In this document: one piece after another, positions 34,129 to 47,170 of the stretch | How positions within the stretch are numbered: the stretch's first letter is position 1 | Layout: every line of letters begins with the position of its first letter | NCBI GenBank assembly: GCA_028534125.1 | Contig: CM052825.1 | Coordinates: 26,040,001 to 26,104,000 of the forward strand | Source: Lama glama | Lineage: Eukaryota | Length of the DNA: 64,000 bases | Direction: 5' to 3' | Program-made: the position numbers and the translations under genes | Notes under the pieces: model-generated | Seen by the model: the letters and a program-made list of their open reading frames with translations, nothing else | What the model was told of the DNA's origin: nothing | Database searches by the model: none

Positions 34129-36911
34129 GCTGGGAACGCTAGAAGAGAGGAGCGGGGCTCAGCTCAGAGCTGCTGCCGTTGCTGCTGTGGTGCCCCAATG
34201 ACCCCAGGGTGGCTGGCAGTGCCAGGGCTGCAGGCCCTGGCTAATACATGACATGAATGGCCCTGACAAACACATCCACACAGCCACTGGGCCCATAGGT
34301 TGGGGCAATGCAGCTTTGGGTCTGGTCACAGGGCTGGTAGTGGGCCCAGGTATCCATCTCCAGTCCAGGCTGCTGTGAGCATAGGCCCAAGCTACCCCCC
34401 ACCGTTACCCTGAGAGAGGTCAGTGCTTTCCCTCCCATCCCCAGAGACAAGCAGGTAGAACAGGTGAGGTCACATGACCTTCTCACCAGGGCGCACAGGG
34501 CTGAACACAAGGGAACTGATTACAGTTCATGTGCAGCACGTGAAAAAATGCACAATCTCATTAACAATTAAAGTAATGTAGATTAAAAATCTTACAAACC
34601 TTGATTAACTTACTAAGCTAGCAAGAATAAAGATAAAAATTGACACAAATTGCTGCTGAACTGAGGGAAATCGCATGCTGCTGACAGCTGTGGGCATTGT
34701 TGCAGGTGCCCCAGAAGGTGCCTGGGGACACGCCTGGTGCCCAAGTCCATCTGCTGCCCAGTCAGCCCCTGGGGAAGCCTCAGTGCTCAGCCAACAGGCC
34801 CAGCTCCATGGGGCTCCTGCCTCTGCCCTGACCCTGCAGCCTCCAGTGGTGCCCATCCTTCCCTGGGAGCCCCATCCTCTTGTCACAGCCAAACACTGCC
34901 TTCAGGACCTATTCCCCAGCCAGGAAGTGTTCTAGAAAGGGGGGTGGGAGTTCTCCAGCCCTGGAGAATGGATGAGGGGACGCCCGCCTTCCTGGCCTCC
35001 ACTACCTTCACCTGACCCCTGAGCAGCAAGGACAGCCCCAAGTGGCTGTGACTCCTGAATTCTGTGTGACCCTGAGCCTTGCCCAGCCCCGGCTTCAGCC
35101 AGCTGTAGATGTGAACTCTCAGTAAGCACCCCATTTCCCACCTGAGCCCTCCCAGATGGGGCCTGATGGACAGCAGGTTTGCCTGGGTAGGGGTTTGCCT
35201 TGGGGCTGGCCCTTTCCCAGACACTGATGACCCCACTGCACCAGCACAAAGGGCAGAGCAGCTGCCCTGAGCAAAGACCCCTTCAAGTTGGAGCCACACC
35301 TGAGGAAAGGACACAGGTGAGGACAGGAGGACAGAGAGGGACACACGTGTTGGGGAGATGCAACTGGTACAGCTGCTTTCCTCCCCTGCAGGTGGTCCAG
35401 AGCGGGGCTGGAGGGGTGAGGCCTCTTCCACCTGTAGGTTCTGAGTAAAAAGGGTCCCTCTGAGTGAAGCAATAGCCAGACTCCCAAATGGCCCACCCCC
35501 CAGTGACCAGAAAGGGCAGGGAACATGGGTGTCGACAGGGGAAGTCCCTGTGGCCATCGGCAAGGGCATCAAGGGCCACCTTGTCTTCCTGACACTTCTG
35601 CAGGACCATTGTGAGAGGGACAGAGCGATTCTGTCAGGCTCCTGGAGCATCTGGCTTGGTGACCACTGTGGGGGATCAGCCAGCATGGTCCAAGTCTCTC
35701 AGCACCAGCCTGTCAGGACCACCAGCTCAGCCAAATGACAAGATCATACCCTGTTTGGGGACTCCTTTCACAGCAGCTAAGGAAAACTGCCAAAGCTACT
35801 GTCAGAAAAGAAACACAATTGGGCAAACAGTAATCAGATGCTCTGGGGGAAGCTGGTTACATGGCGGGTTCACTTTCAGAAAATTCATTGAGCTGTACAT
35901 GTACGATCTGTGCACTTTCTTTGTGTGTCTTATGCTTCATCTTCAAAGTTGACCTTAAAAAAAAAAACAAAACCTCCTCATGTCTCGGGAAGCGTGGAGG
36001 GCAGAGGTTGGTGTTCCCAACCATGGGGTAGTGAGAGAGAATTCAAATCACAGGGCAAGTTCCCATTCCCACCCTGCACCTCAGCCTCTGGGAGTAGCCA
36101 ACACAAAGAAGTCTGCTCTGATCAGACAGCCAGGAAAAGATGAAAGAGCAGGCAATCAATAGCAGAGGTACAGATGGGAGAAAGCAGGGCAGTAACTCGG
36201 TACCGTGTGCAGCTTTAAAGACTGTGATAAAAACAAGGGCGCAGGCCTGGGAATGCTGCCTCTGTTAAGAACGATGCCCAGTTCTCTGTGACCTGGCCCA
36301 CTCCCAGATCAGTCAGGTAACGCAGTCTCTGGGACGCCCCTTGTCACAAAACCTGAACTCAACAGTCTACCTTAGGAAGTGGACAGCCTCCCATCCCTTG
36401 CATGAACTGATTCAGGGCAAAAGCCCAGTTATGACTGGCCAGGGACATTTCACTAAGACCCTCCTTTGTAGAGTCTCACCCTCACTGATCCTCAAGAGCT
36501 CACAGGAATTCGTTTTCACTCCATGTGTTTGTGTTTAAAAAACAACAAGCATTCAGTAAACAGTACTTTTCCCCTCTCGTTTCAGAATGGACATGAATCT
36601 AGGACTCTTTTTCCACAGTTACTGCAGTCAAGGACACTACTACTGTAAAGCGCTGACAGCCAGTTCCATTGACCCTGAATGCTCTTCGAAAGAGTGCACA
36701 TCGGGACACAAGTTGGTTGGGCGCAGAAGAAACCAGCCAGGCCCTCTCCACCCCACAGGGCTGGGGTGCACCCCAGTGGGATGTACCCCGGCCAAGAGCA
36801 CTCACGCGGCCCTGCCGCAAACCCGGGGGTGGGTGGGCGCGCTCCTGAAGCGGGTGGCGGGGCCTCACAGCCCTCCCGAGTCTCAGACCCGCCGTTCCCA
36901 GCGGCCAGCAG

Positions 36912-36960
36912 AGCCCCCATTTTACGGATGAGGAAACAGACTCTCCGAGAGGCAAGAAGC
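36912..36960. mobile_element. MIR core fragment
   Basis: cccattttacggatgaggaaacagactc; similar remnants at ~14550-14585 and ~39660-39700. Confidence 0.6.
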
Positions 36961-37111
36961 CTGCGCAGCTCCGAGAGGAGGCTCCGGAGACCCTTGGGCT
37001 CCTCAGCCTGCGCCTGGGACCACCGCAGCGGGAGTCGGAGCCCGTGGTCCGGCGGGGGCAGCTCCCCAAGGTCGCGCCTCATGGACGCCGGCCCGCCCCC
37101 CAAGTGCTCAC

Positions 37112-37260
37112 CGGCTGCTCCCCGGGGCCGCGCCCTCGGGCGGCGGGGTCGAGATGAGGTTGGGGACCGCGTCGGGCGGGCGCGGGCGAACGGCGGCTCT
37201 CGCTGGCCCCAGCCCAGCCGCGGCTGTGCCGCGGGACACTAACCCCATTTCCGCCGGCTC
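37112..37260 (-). other. PIGQ: PIGQ non-coding exon 1 (5' end approximate)
   Basis: Donor AGCAGCCG|gtgagc at 37112 inside the CpG island; CCGGCGGAAATGG (ETS/YY1-like) near 37245-37257. Confidence 0.7.
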
Positions 37261-37790
37261 CAGGCGTTGCCGCGTGACGGTCCTCCTTGAAAGGCACCCG
37301 GGCTGCCCGCCAGCCCCTGGCCCGTGCGTTCCGTGTACGCAACGTTCCGGCCCCCGGAGCTAGAGGCCTGCGTGCGGCGCCCTTGTCCCCGCTCAGAATC
37401 TTTGTCCCCACTCCAGTCTACCTAGTGCCCCCAATACCTCTGCCTTCCAGTTCCCCACCTTCCCACAGCCACCAAACCTCCCCCATCCCTGCTTTCCTCA
37501 TGTAAGTGACTTAGTGGACTCGACATTTGAGGATCCCAGACCTTATCTTACACCCACCCTTCCAGATGATAGGGCCTCTAGGCCCTGGGTAGAGTCCCAG
37601 GCTGACCCCCTTGTACCCTGGTCCCTACATAGGGCCCCCCACCCAGGCCCCTCGAGGGCCAAAAGAGCTAGGAAGTTTGGAGGGCCAGCCTGGAGGCTGA
37701 AGCCATCTGATCTGATAATCAGGAGGCATCCCTGACCCTCCTGCTCCTGGGAACGGTATCCCTAATACCAGCAGCAACAACTAACTCATG

Positions 37791-37796
37791 TTTATT
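37791..37796 (-). terminator. Candidate NHLRC4 poly(A) signal AATAAA, inside an old L2/MIR-like fragment
   Basis: Plus-strand TTTATTGAGTACCTGCTA, ~810 nt after the NHLRC4 stop. Confidence 0.55.
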
Positions 37797-38607
37797 GAGT
37801 ACCTGCTACACATCTCCTTACACCGACCCACTTAATCCACCCTTTTCTCCACAGGTCCTTGTGATTGGTGCATCCCCTCACCAGCTCCCAGGGACAGGAC
37901 TAGGCACTGTCTCCTCCCTCTGAAGACCCCTCACTAGAACTAGAAGCCTGGCTGGGCCCCAGACTCAGTGTAACCCCAAACCTCCCCACCCTTTTCAGCT
38001 TCATTTTCGTGCTGCTTTTAAGCAGCAGGAGTCTGTCCTCACAGGAGGGCTCTCTTACACTTGACCACTGCCCATAACTCTCCCAGCACCCCCACATGAG
38101 CTTGCAGCTCTTTGATCCCATCTGCAGAGGAGAAAATGAAGGCTCAGTTTCACATGGGAGAAAGAGCCGGCATGGAGGCTTCCAACCCAGCCATGTGTCA
38201 CCACAGGGCTCCTCCAGGGTGGCCCCTCCTCTGCTCCCCCCTTACCTCAGCTGGGCCCAGAGAAGCTGCAGGAGACTCGGCACCTGGGGCCTCTGAGGAT
38301 GGGGGACAGTGAGGGGCCACACCCCTACCCAAACTACACTGCCCGGCCCAGCTCAGCCCAGCCATACCCTCCCTGCCTGCCTCTGTCTGATTAGGAGCTA
38401 GGACTGTCAAGGAAGTCTGAATCCTCTGTGAGAGAGACAGGAGGACAGTCCAAGGCCTGGCTCAGAAGTGTCACAAACATGCAGGGTCAGGAAGGCATGG
38501 CCAGCAGCCCTCCAGGACCCCACCAACCCTGAACATTCCTCCCATCATTGTCCGGGCCCTGGAGGCTGGGACCATGCACAGCTGGTCTCCCCTGCAAGCC
38601 CACCAGA

Positions 38608-39555
38608 TCAGGCCAGATCCAAAAGGTACTGGTACACTTTGATGTAGCCATCCCCTGCATCCGCCACCATGAGCTGGCCCTGGGGTGTACAGGCCACACC
38701 CAGGGGCTGCCCTAGCCCCTCAGACACCAGGCAGATGGGTGCCCTGTCCCGGGGGAACAGGGTCACCTGGCACTGCTGCTCGTCCACCACAATGACACTG
38801 CCCGCTGCATCAGTGCACACACCTGCTGGGCTGCCAAAGCTGTGCCCAGTCAGTCCTCTCAGGGAGCCCAGGGGCTGGCAGGCACTGCCAAACAGCCGCA
38901 CATCCCCAAACTCTTCACTCACAGCCAGGCCCCCATCAGGCCCTGGGCCCACCCAGCAGGGGCCCTCCAGGCCCAGTATGGAGGCAGGGGCCAGTGGCTC
39001 TAAGGCAGGGCCCAGTGTGAAGCTGTGCACAGCCCCGGGCACATAATCTGTCACCAAGACTCGACCAAAGGCATCCACAGCCAGCCCCTGGGGGGCCAAG
39101 AAGTTGCCCACTGTCACCCAGCGGCCCTGAGGGGCTCGGGCAGTGTGCTGGAGTGCACGGACAGTCCCGTGGACGAGGTCACTGACTACCACGAGGCCAG
39201 CAGCTGTCACAGCCACATCCTCTGGCACGAAGTCCCCAGCCCCTGGAATGTGGCAGGGCAGGTGGCAGACAGAGCGTCCCTCAAGGTCCAGCACGTGGAT
39301 GCAGGGTGCAGTCCCCGCTGTCAGGAAGAGCAGGCCATCTGGGGAGCAGTGCAGGCCCCGGGGCCCCCCTGCAGCCCCTTCAGGCACCGAGATCCGCCCC
39401 AGCAGCTGGGGCTGCCAGGAGTGAACAGGGTCTCCAGGCAAATCCAGTGTGAGGTGCAGTCCTTGGGGGGTGGCTGATGAACTGGTAGGGGAGGTCCAGG
39501 AGGTCGAAGTAGGTGGATGGACAGATGTCACAGCCTCAGCCTCTCCAAGCCAGTC
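38608..39555 (-). CDS. NHLRC4: NHL repeat-containing protein 4, main coding exon; open frame of 315 codons encoding six NHL repeats (true start not determined)
   Basis: The C-terminal 123 aa (38608-38979, ILGLEGPCWVGPGPDGGLAVSEEFGDV...IKVYQYLLDLA) match NHLRC4 as I recall it, in the syntenic position between PRR35 and PIGQ. The frame is open up to a TAG at 39556-39558. Confidence 0.88.
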   Translation of the reverse strand, partial: DWLGEAEAVTSVHPPTSTSWTSPTSSSATPQGLHLTLDLPGDPVHSWQPQLLGRISVPEGAAGGPRGLHCSPDGLLFLTAGTAPCIHVLDLEGRSVCHLPCHIPGAGDFVPEDVAVTAAGLVVVSDLVHGTVRALQHTARAPQGRWVTVGNFLAPQGLAVDAFGRVLVTDYVPGAVHSFTLGPALEPLAPASILGLEGPCWVGPGPDGGLAVSEEFGDVRLFGSACQPLGSLRGLTGHSFGSPAGVCTDAAGSVIVVDEQQCQVTLFPRDRAPICLVSEGLGQPLGVACTPQGQLMVADAGDGYIKVYQYLLDLA

Positions 39556-40089
39556 CTACAGCTGGGCCAAGTTTGAGGCTACAAGAGAAATAACACCCCA
39601 CCCCATGCCATGCAGCGCTACATTGGTTCCCCTGCACACTTCTTGGCAGGCAGGTGACCTCGTTTCACAGATGAGGAGATGGAGGCTTGGGGCATGAGAC
39701 GGATTCAACTCAGTTCCACCAGGTCCCAAGTACCAGCCATGGCTTGGGACCCCATTTTCCCAGATGTGGTCCCTGAACACAAATCTGGGAGACACACCCC
39801 AGGAAGGATACTGTGGGTTTTACTCTGAGGCCCAAATGATCTCAGGGGCACCTAGATGTCTGAGGTGGGGGTTGGGGTGACAGATGAGCGGTACTTCTCA
39901 GACTCATCTGCCTACGGAACCACTCCTTCAAGCAGGGAAAGTGACCCTTCTTGGGGGCAGCCCAAGCCCTCGCCCATTGCCCCAGATAGCCCTTGGAGAC
40001 TTCCAAGCCCTGAAGGGTAAAGCAGGGGCCCTTTCCTAGGCCTCTCTGCCCACTCCCACTGAAAGAGGCTGTGGGGAGGGGTCTCCTAC

Positions 40090-40176
40090 CTGGAGCCAGT
40101 CTCCCTGGTCCCTGCTGGGCATTAGCCTCTGTTGTTGGAAACCACAGCTCAAGGGAGTGGGAGGAGCCACCTCGGC
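40090..40176 (-). other. Candidate 87-nt upstream exon of NHLRC4
   Basis: cctccccgcccccgcag| acceptor, CAG|gtagg donor, length a multiple of 3, open in two frames. Confidence 0.5.
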
Positions 40177-40881
40177 CTGCGGGGGCGGGGAGGGGCAGGC
40201 GGAGCTCTAGCCATGGCTACCTTAGAGCCTCAGCCCAAAGAAGCTCTAAGGAATCCTGTCACTCAGCTGCTAAACCTCCCAGGTGCTCTCCAGTGTTGCT
40301 GCATTCCTGCCTCAGAGCCTTTGCACTGGCCTCTGGAACATTCTTCACTCTGCCCCTGAATAGCTAGATGTAATCCTGGTCCACCCAGCCCCTCTCCACA
40401 GGGGGCCCAGTGCCTCCACAACCTGCTGAATGTGAATCAAGGGCTTGGTACTCAGGAGACAGCACTCCCACCATCCTCCAGCAGGACCACAAGGTCAAGA
40501 CCTCAGGGAAGGAGCTGTGCCCCTGACCTGCTAGCTGGATCACCTACCAGAGTCCAGGGTGGGAGACCTCTAGGGGGTCCGTCCTGCCTCCCACAGACTA
40601 GGCAGGTTGAGTCCTGTCTCTCTGGTCCTGTTTCTGCACCTATGAAGCAGGGATCATGCCCTCCCCTCTCAGCAGGGACAGGCTTCTGTCTGTCCAGTGA
40701 TTAGAAACTGGGGTGCATAGGCACATGGGAGTGTTAACGGGAGGGCAAGGGGTGTCTCCCTCAGACTCAGGACCTGGGGATTCTCCAGACACCTCCTGAC
40801 TCAGCCCACAGCCCCCATAAGCCCATACAGGAAACCCCTGGAAGGTTGGGGGTCAGCCCATGTCTGTGACCCACTCCCTAC

Positions 40882-40909
40882 CTGGCCACCCGCAGCCCAT
40901 TTCTGGACA
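40882..40909 (-). other. Candidate 28-nt upstream micro-exon containing GAAATGG (MGCGWP)
   Basis: cactaacctgccctctgcag| acceptor, CAG|gtagg donor, ATG at 40900 with -3G/+4G. Confidence 0.4.
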
Positions 40910-41659
40910 CTGCAGAGGGCAGGTTAGTGATGCTATCTGCTGCTCGGCAGAGTTAATGGGGCAGCCGCGGGTCCTGATCCGACTGGCCCAGCCTGGTCAA
41001 CCCAGCTCAAGGAGCCAGGCGCAGGCAGGAACCGCACTCCCTAGGGCCATTCCTGGGTGGGCATGGAGGTGTGGCCAGCTCCCGGGGAGAGAAGCTGTTA
41101 GCTGGGTCCGACAGTCCCCCAGGCACCCCTCCCTACCTGTCCCCCGCCTCCCCTTCCAGCCCCCCACTGTGGGAAAGCCAAGTCTGGTGGTGCTAGGAGG
41201 TAGGCAGTGAGCTGTGAAGGCCACCCGATGCCTATCGTGGCTGCAGGGCCTGGCAGGGGCCCAGCAGAGGCCACGCTAGGCGAGCAGCCCCAGGCCACAG
41301 AATGTGGGGGGCACTGTTTCACCACAGGGGGAGCAGCCTCCCACATGAATCAGATATTAGGACTGCCTTGCCAGACGCGGGGGCTGGAGGCTTTCCTAGG
41401 GGCCCCCACCCACCCCCCACATGCAGAAACAGGCCTGACCAGCTCCTAGACCATGCACACCTGCCTCTGTACCCCTCCTTGCTCTGTCCCCTCCATGGAA
41501 AGCCCCCCACTCTCTCCCCAGACTTCGGCCCCCCCAGGAGGTCCCAGTCTACAAGAGGAGGCTGAGGACACTGCCCTCTATGTCCCATCTGGGGACATTT
41601 CCACGGAGGAAGCAGCAAGGGAAGGAGGCCCAGACAGAGTGTGTGAAGGTGGTTTCTAT

Positions 41660-41665
41660 TTTAAT
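41660..41665 (-). terminator. Probable PRR35 poly(A) signal ATTAAA
   Basis: Variant hexamer ~190 nt after the stop, in the only AT-rich patch nearby. Confidence 0.65.
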
Positions 41666-41851
41666 ATCCACACTGTGATCAGTAAAGAGCTGTGACTCTC
41701 TTCTGTGCCTGTGTGGCCCCAGACAGGCAAGGTCACAGCAGGTGGGGGTCTGTCCATGGGCATGCTGGGACAGGTAATGGGGCCAGGTGGTGGGCACAGG
41801 GTTAGAAGGGCCCCTGTCCCTTAAAGACAGAGGTGGCAGCAGGAGCTGTGG

Positions 41852-43796
<1,945 letters not shown>

Positions 43797-44029
43797 CTAG
43801 TGGGCTGGCCCTGGCACCATGGCGACCTGCGGAGGGGGGCTTCGGTCAGCACTGTCTGCTCTGACCAACGCCCCCTCCCCTCTGTCACAGCTCGAAGGAT
43901 AAGAGCTGGGACACTGTCACCCCTTGGCCCTCGGGCTCCCTGGCTTTGGCATGCGCAGCCCCGGCCTGGAACAGCCTCCCCGCCTCCCTCCTAGTTCATC
44001 TCACCCACACTTGTAGGGTCAGCAGACGT

Positions 44030-44170
44030 GGTGGATAAAAACACAGGATGCCCAGTCAAATCTGACACAGGCAAATAGTAAATACTTTTTTAGTATAAGT
44101 CTGGCCTAGCTAGTATTTGGAATGTACACTAAAAACGTATTTGTTGTTTATCTGAAATTTAGGTTTACTT
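44030..44170. mobile_element. MER53-like palindromic DNA-transposon (hAT) remnant
   Basis: gataaaaacacaggatgcccagtcaaat...ttttagtataagt...ctaaaa...tatttgttgtttatctgaaattt. Confidence 0.75.
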
Positions 44171-46269
44171 GATTGATGGAGCCTATACACACCTTGCCCC
44201 CCAGGCCTGGCCAGCCCCCAGGAGGCTCATTCCTGGGGTGATTCCATCCATGCCCATTGCCCCCACACCATCGGAGCTTGAGTCTCCATCTACCCAACAG
44301 GCATTTGGAGAGTGACGGGAAGAAGCCAAGTATGACCAGATTCCTTCCTAGGGTACACAGCCCTTCCTTGTCTTAGTTCCTCCAGAGACCCATGCCCGTG
44401 TGGGAACAGAGATATAAGCCATGAGATGAGAGACCAGCAGACGCTCTAAGCGCCTGATTAACAATGTGAGTTCTGCTCCGCAGGGCGTCAGGTGGGCACT
44501 GAGGTCTCAGAGGGGGCCAGCCTCACGTGGGCCAGTCCAGGCTGGGGGGCGTGGATGTCCCAACACGGCCCCATGGCACAGCCACCTGCTCAGCCTGGCT
44601 CCATCTGGGTGGCTGCAGGCATGTCAGCGGCCAAGCCTGCAGCGGCCCAGCTTGGCCAAGACCCTCCTCTCCCCACGCCCCACACAATCGCTCAAGACGC
44701 TCTCCATCTGGGTTGCCACCTGGGCCATACACCGCCCCAGTGCGCGTCTTAGCTGGGTGCTCGGTGAGTGTGTGCACACAAGCATGCAGGGCTTCCAAAG
44801 ACCCCTCACGTGGTGCCTGGAGGGACCACCTCTGCATGGCTGGGCTGACGTGAAACAGAGAACAGGGTGGGCCACCAAAATGCAAGGAGTCCGAGCACAT
44901 GTACACATGAGGCTCACACCCCACTCAGAGGGGCAAGGTCACTGCACACATGCATGCACTCAGCACAGCACGCACACACCCCCAACCCCAAAACACACAC
45001 AATCACAGCCACTCATAGTTGTGGACACACATACACTCGCCCTGCTACCCAGGGCTCAGGGATTGCCAGTGGGCTGAGCAGGGCAGGGCTGGGGCAGCTG
45101 GACATTAGGAGCAGGCCATCTTCCCTGTTGGTTTTTGGGCTCTGCACACAGCAGGCAGTCGTGTCTGCTGCCCCCAAACACTGGGTAGGCACCTCCATTA
45201 ATGGAAACGGCCAGAGGGGTGGAGAGTACTGCCCATCTGAATGGACCCTGCAGAGGAGAGGTTGGCATGGCTGTGGCCAGGGTGTGGAGGGTGGCACAAG
45301 CAGAGCTTAACTGATCGGCTTGTGAATGAATGTCTGTATCTAGGAGGGGACGGGGCTCTGAGAGGTGTGCAGGGGTTGAGAGGACGGGGCTGGGGCCAAG
45401 AAAGGAACTGCGGCTCTCCAAGGAGCTGCAGGCACTCACTGGACATGACGATGGGTGCAGAGGCAGGCCCCCTCCCCGCCCCCTACCCCCCCAAGATACA
45501 GATGACAAATGGGTGTGTGAGATCTGGAGACAGAGGCGGCTGTGCTGGGACCATCGATCACCCAGCCCTGGGAGCCACACAGCTGTGCTGCCTGGTGCCA
45601 CCACCCACCCCACCTCCCAGCCGAGCCCCTGGACTGGGGGGGGGCTCCTAAGCCTCTGGACTAAGGAAGCAAAGGGCTCTCCCTGTGCCCCCTTTTCAGA
45701 TCAGTCACCTGGTTGTGGGGTTGTTGGGGGGGGCTTGGTTGGGAACCATCTCAGCAGCTGCTGACTCCCCGGAGACCCAGAGGATGCCTGGCCCCAGCCC
45801 AGCATGCTTGTGCACAAGCAGAAGATACCCCCAGACACCAGCACACACCCCCACACACCCAAAGGCACATTCATTCGCACACGTGTCCCAACCCGTGACA
45901 AGGTGCATGCTCCCAGGGTGGCCTGCACCCGCAGTGTGCCTGCCCAAACACTTGGTTCCACTATCCTTTCCCTGTCTGGGAGAGAACTAGTGACTGGCCA
46001 GGAGCCGAAGGCCCCACCCCAGGGTGGGAGAGGGGGCACGCATCTCCTGGAGCCACCACCAGCCACCAGGGGATTATTGCTCACCCTTCCCTGCTGGCTC
46101 CCTTGGGACTTGGGGATCATCCCACAGGATGTGGTGCAGAGGAGGTGACCAGGCTCCTTGGCTGAAGTCGCGACCCCAACCTCCCTTCCCAACTGCTTTA
46201 TCCTACTCAACCTCGCTGGGGAGGGCGCCCTCCCACAGGGATGGGGCTGCTGTGCCCAAATGGTCCCGG

Positions 46270-47170
46270 TGCGCAAAGCCTGGACGCCGCGAGGTGGGGG
46301 ACATTGAGGATGGAGCTGACCCGCCCGCGCCCCAAAAATCCTAGCTTCCCGCCGTCCCCGCGCCCCTTGCGCCCAGCCCGGCCCCACGCAGCCCTTAAAC
46401 TTCGTCCGACGCGCGCCCGCCCGCCCTACCTGCGCCCCGGGTGGAGCGGAGCGGGCAGAGCCCGGGTAGGTCTGCGTGTGGCCCCAGGACCGGGCGGGAA
46501 CTTCCCGCTCCGCCTCGCCTGGCGCCCGTCCCCGCCCGGCGCCCGCCGCGACCCGGCACCCCGCGAGACCCGCACAGGCTCTCGGGGCCGCAACTCGGAC
46601 TCCCGCAGGGGAAACTGAGGAGCATCCTCCGCGGGGTCTGCGGTCACTCACTCGGCAGCGAGTCCCCGAAGCGTCAGCCACGGACCGCGTCCCCCCGACG
46701 CCGACTCGCACCTACCGAAGTTGGCGGCAGGAGCGGCCGCGCTTGCGCCACGGCGTCGGGCTCCGGGGGGCGCAGCGACCTCCGACCCGGGCTCGCGGGG
46801 GGAGGGGGGTGCGGGAAAGCCAACAGCCGTCTCCCCTCTGCCACCTCAGGTGTCCCCTGCCCCAGTCTCTTCCCGTCTACTGCCCACAGTCTCACGCCAT
46901 CCCCCGCGCACTCACCGGCCTTGCGCGCTCGGGAGCCGCTCAGCAATACCCGCAGCTCCCGTAACTCATGGATGGAATGGTGGCCGGTGACATCGGTGGC
47001 ACCACACGAGCAGGGCAAGGATGGGCGGCGGCGCGGAGGAGCCCGGAGTGGAGACGCAGGTGTGCGGCCGAATGAGGGGCGCCTGGCACGGTCTCCGCCC
47101 CCATTGCCTGCAGGCTGCCGCGGGGGTGCAGCAGAGGCGGTCAGGTCTCCCGGGGTCCACACAGCGGTGT
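46270..47170. promoter_or_regulatory. CpG island / PRR35 promoter
   Basis: Very CpG-dense ~0.9 kb, 2.5-3.3 kb upstream of the PRR35 coding exon. Confidence 0.85.
46430..46700 (-). other. PRR35: Probable PRR35 non-coding exon 1 (5' end approximate)
   Basis: Donor GCGCAG|gtaggg at 46430 in the CpG island; alternative donor CCG|gtgagt at 46916. Confidence 0.55.

Larger units (their letters stand above)
36780..37400. promoter_or_regulatory. CpG island / PIGQ promoter
   Basis: CpG-dense segment with GC boxes, upstream of the PIGQ coding exons. Confidence 0.85.

Noticed and set aside
34883-35686. 267-aa minus-strand ORF in PIGQ intron 1
   Set aside because: No recognisable homology or convincing splice context.
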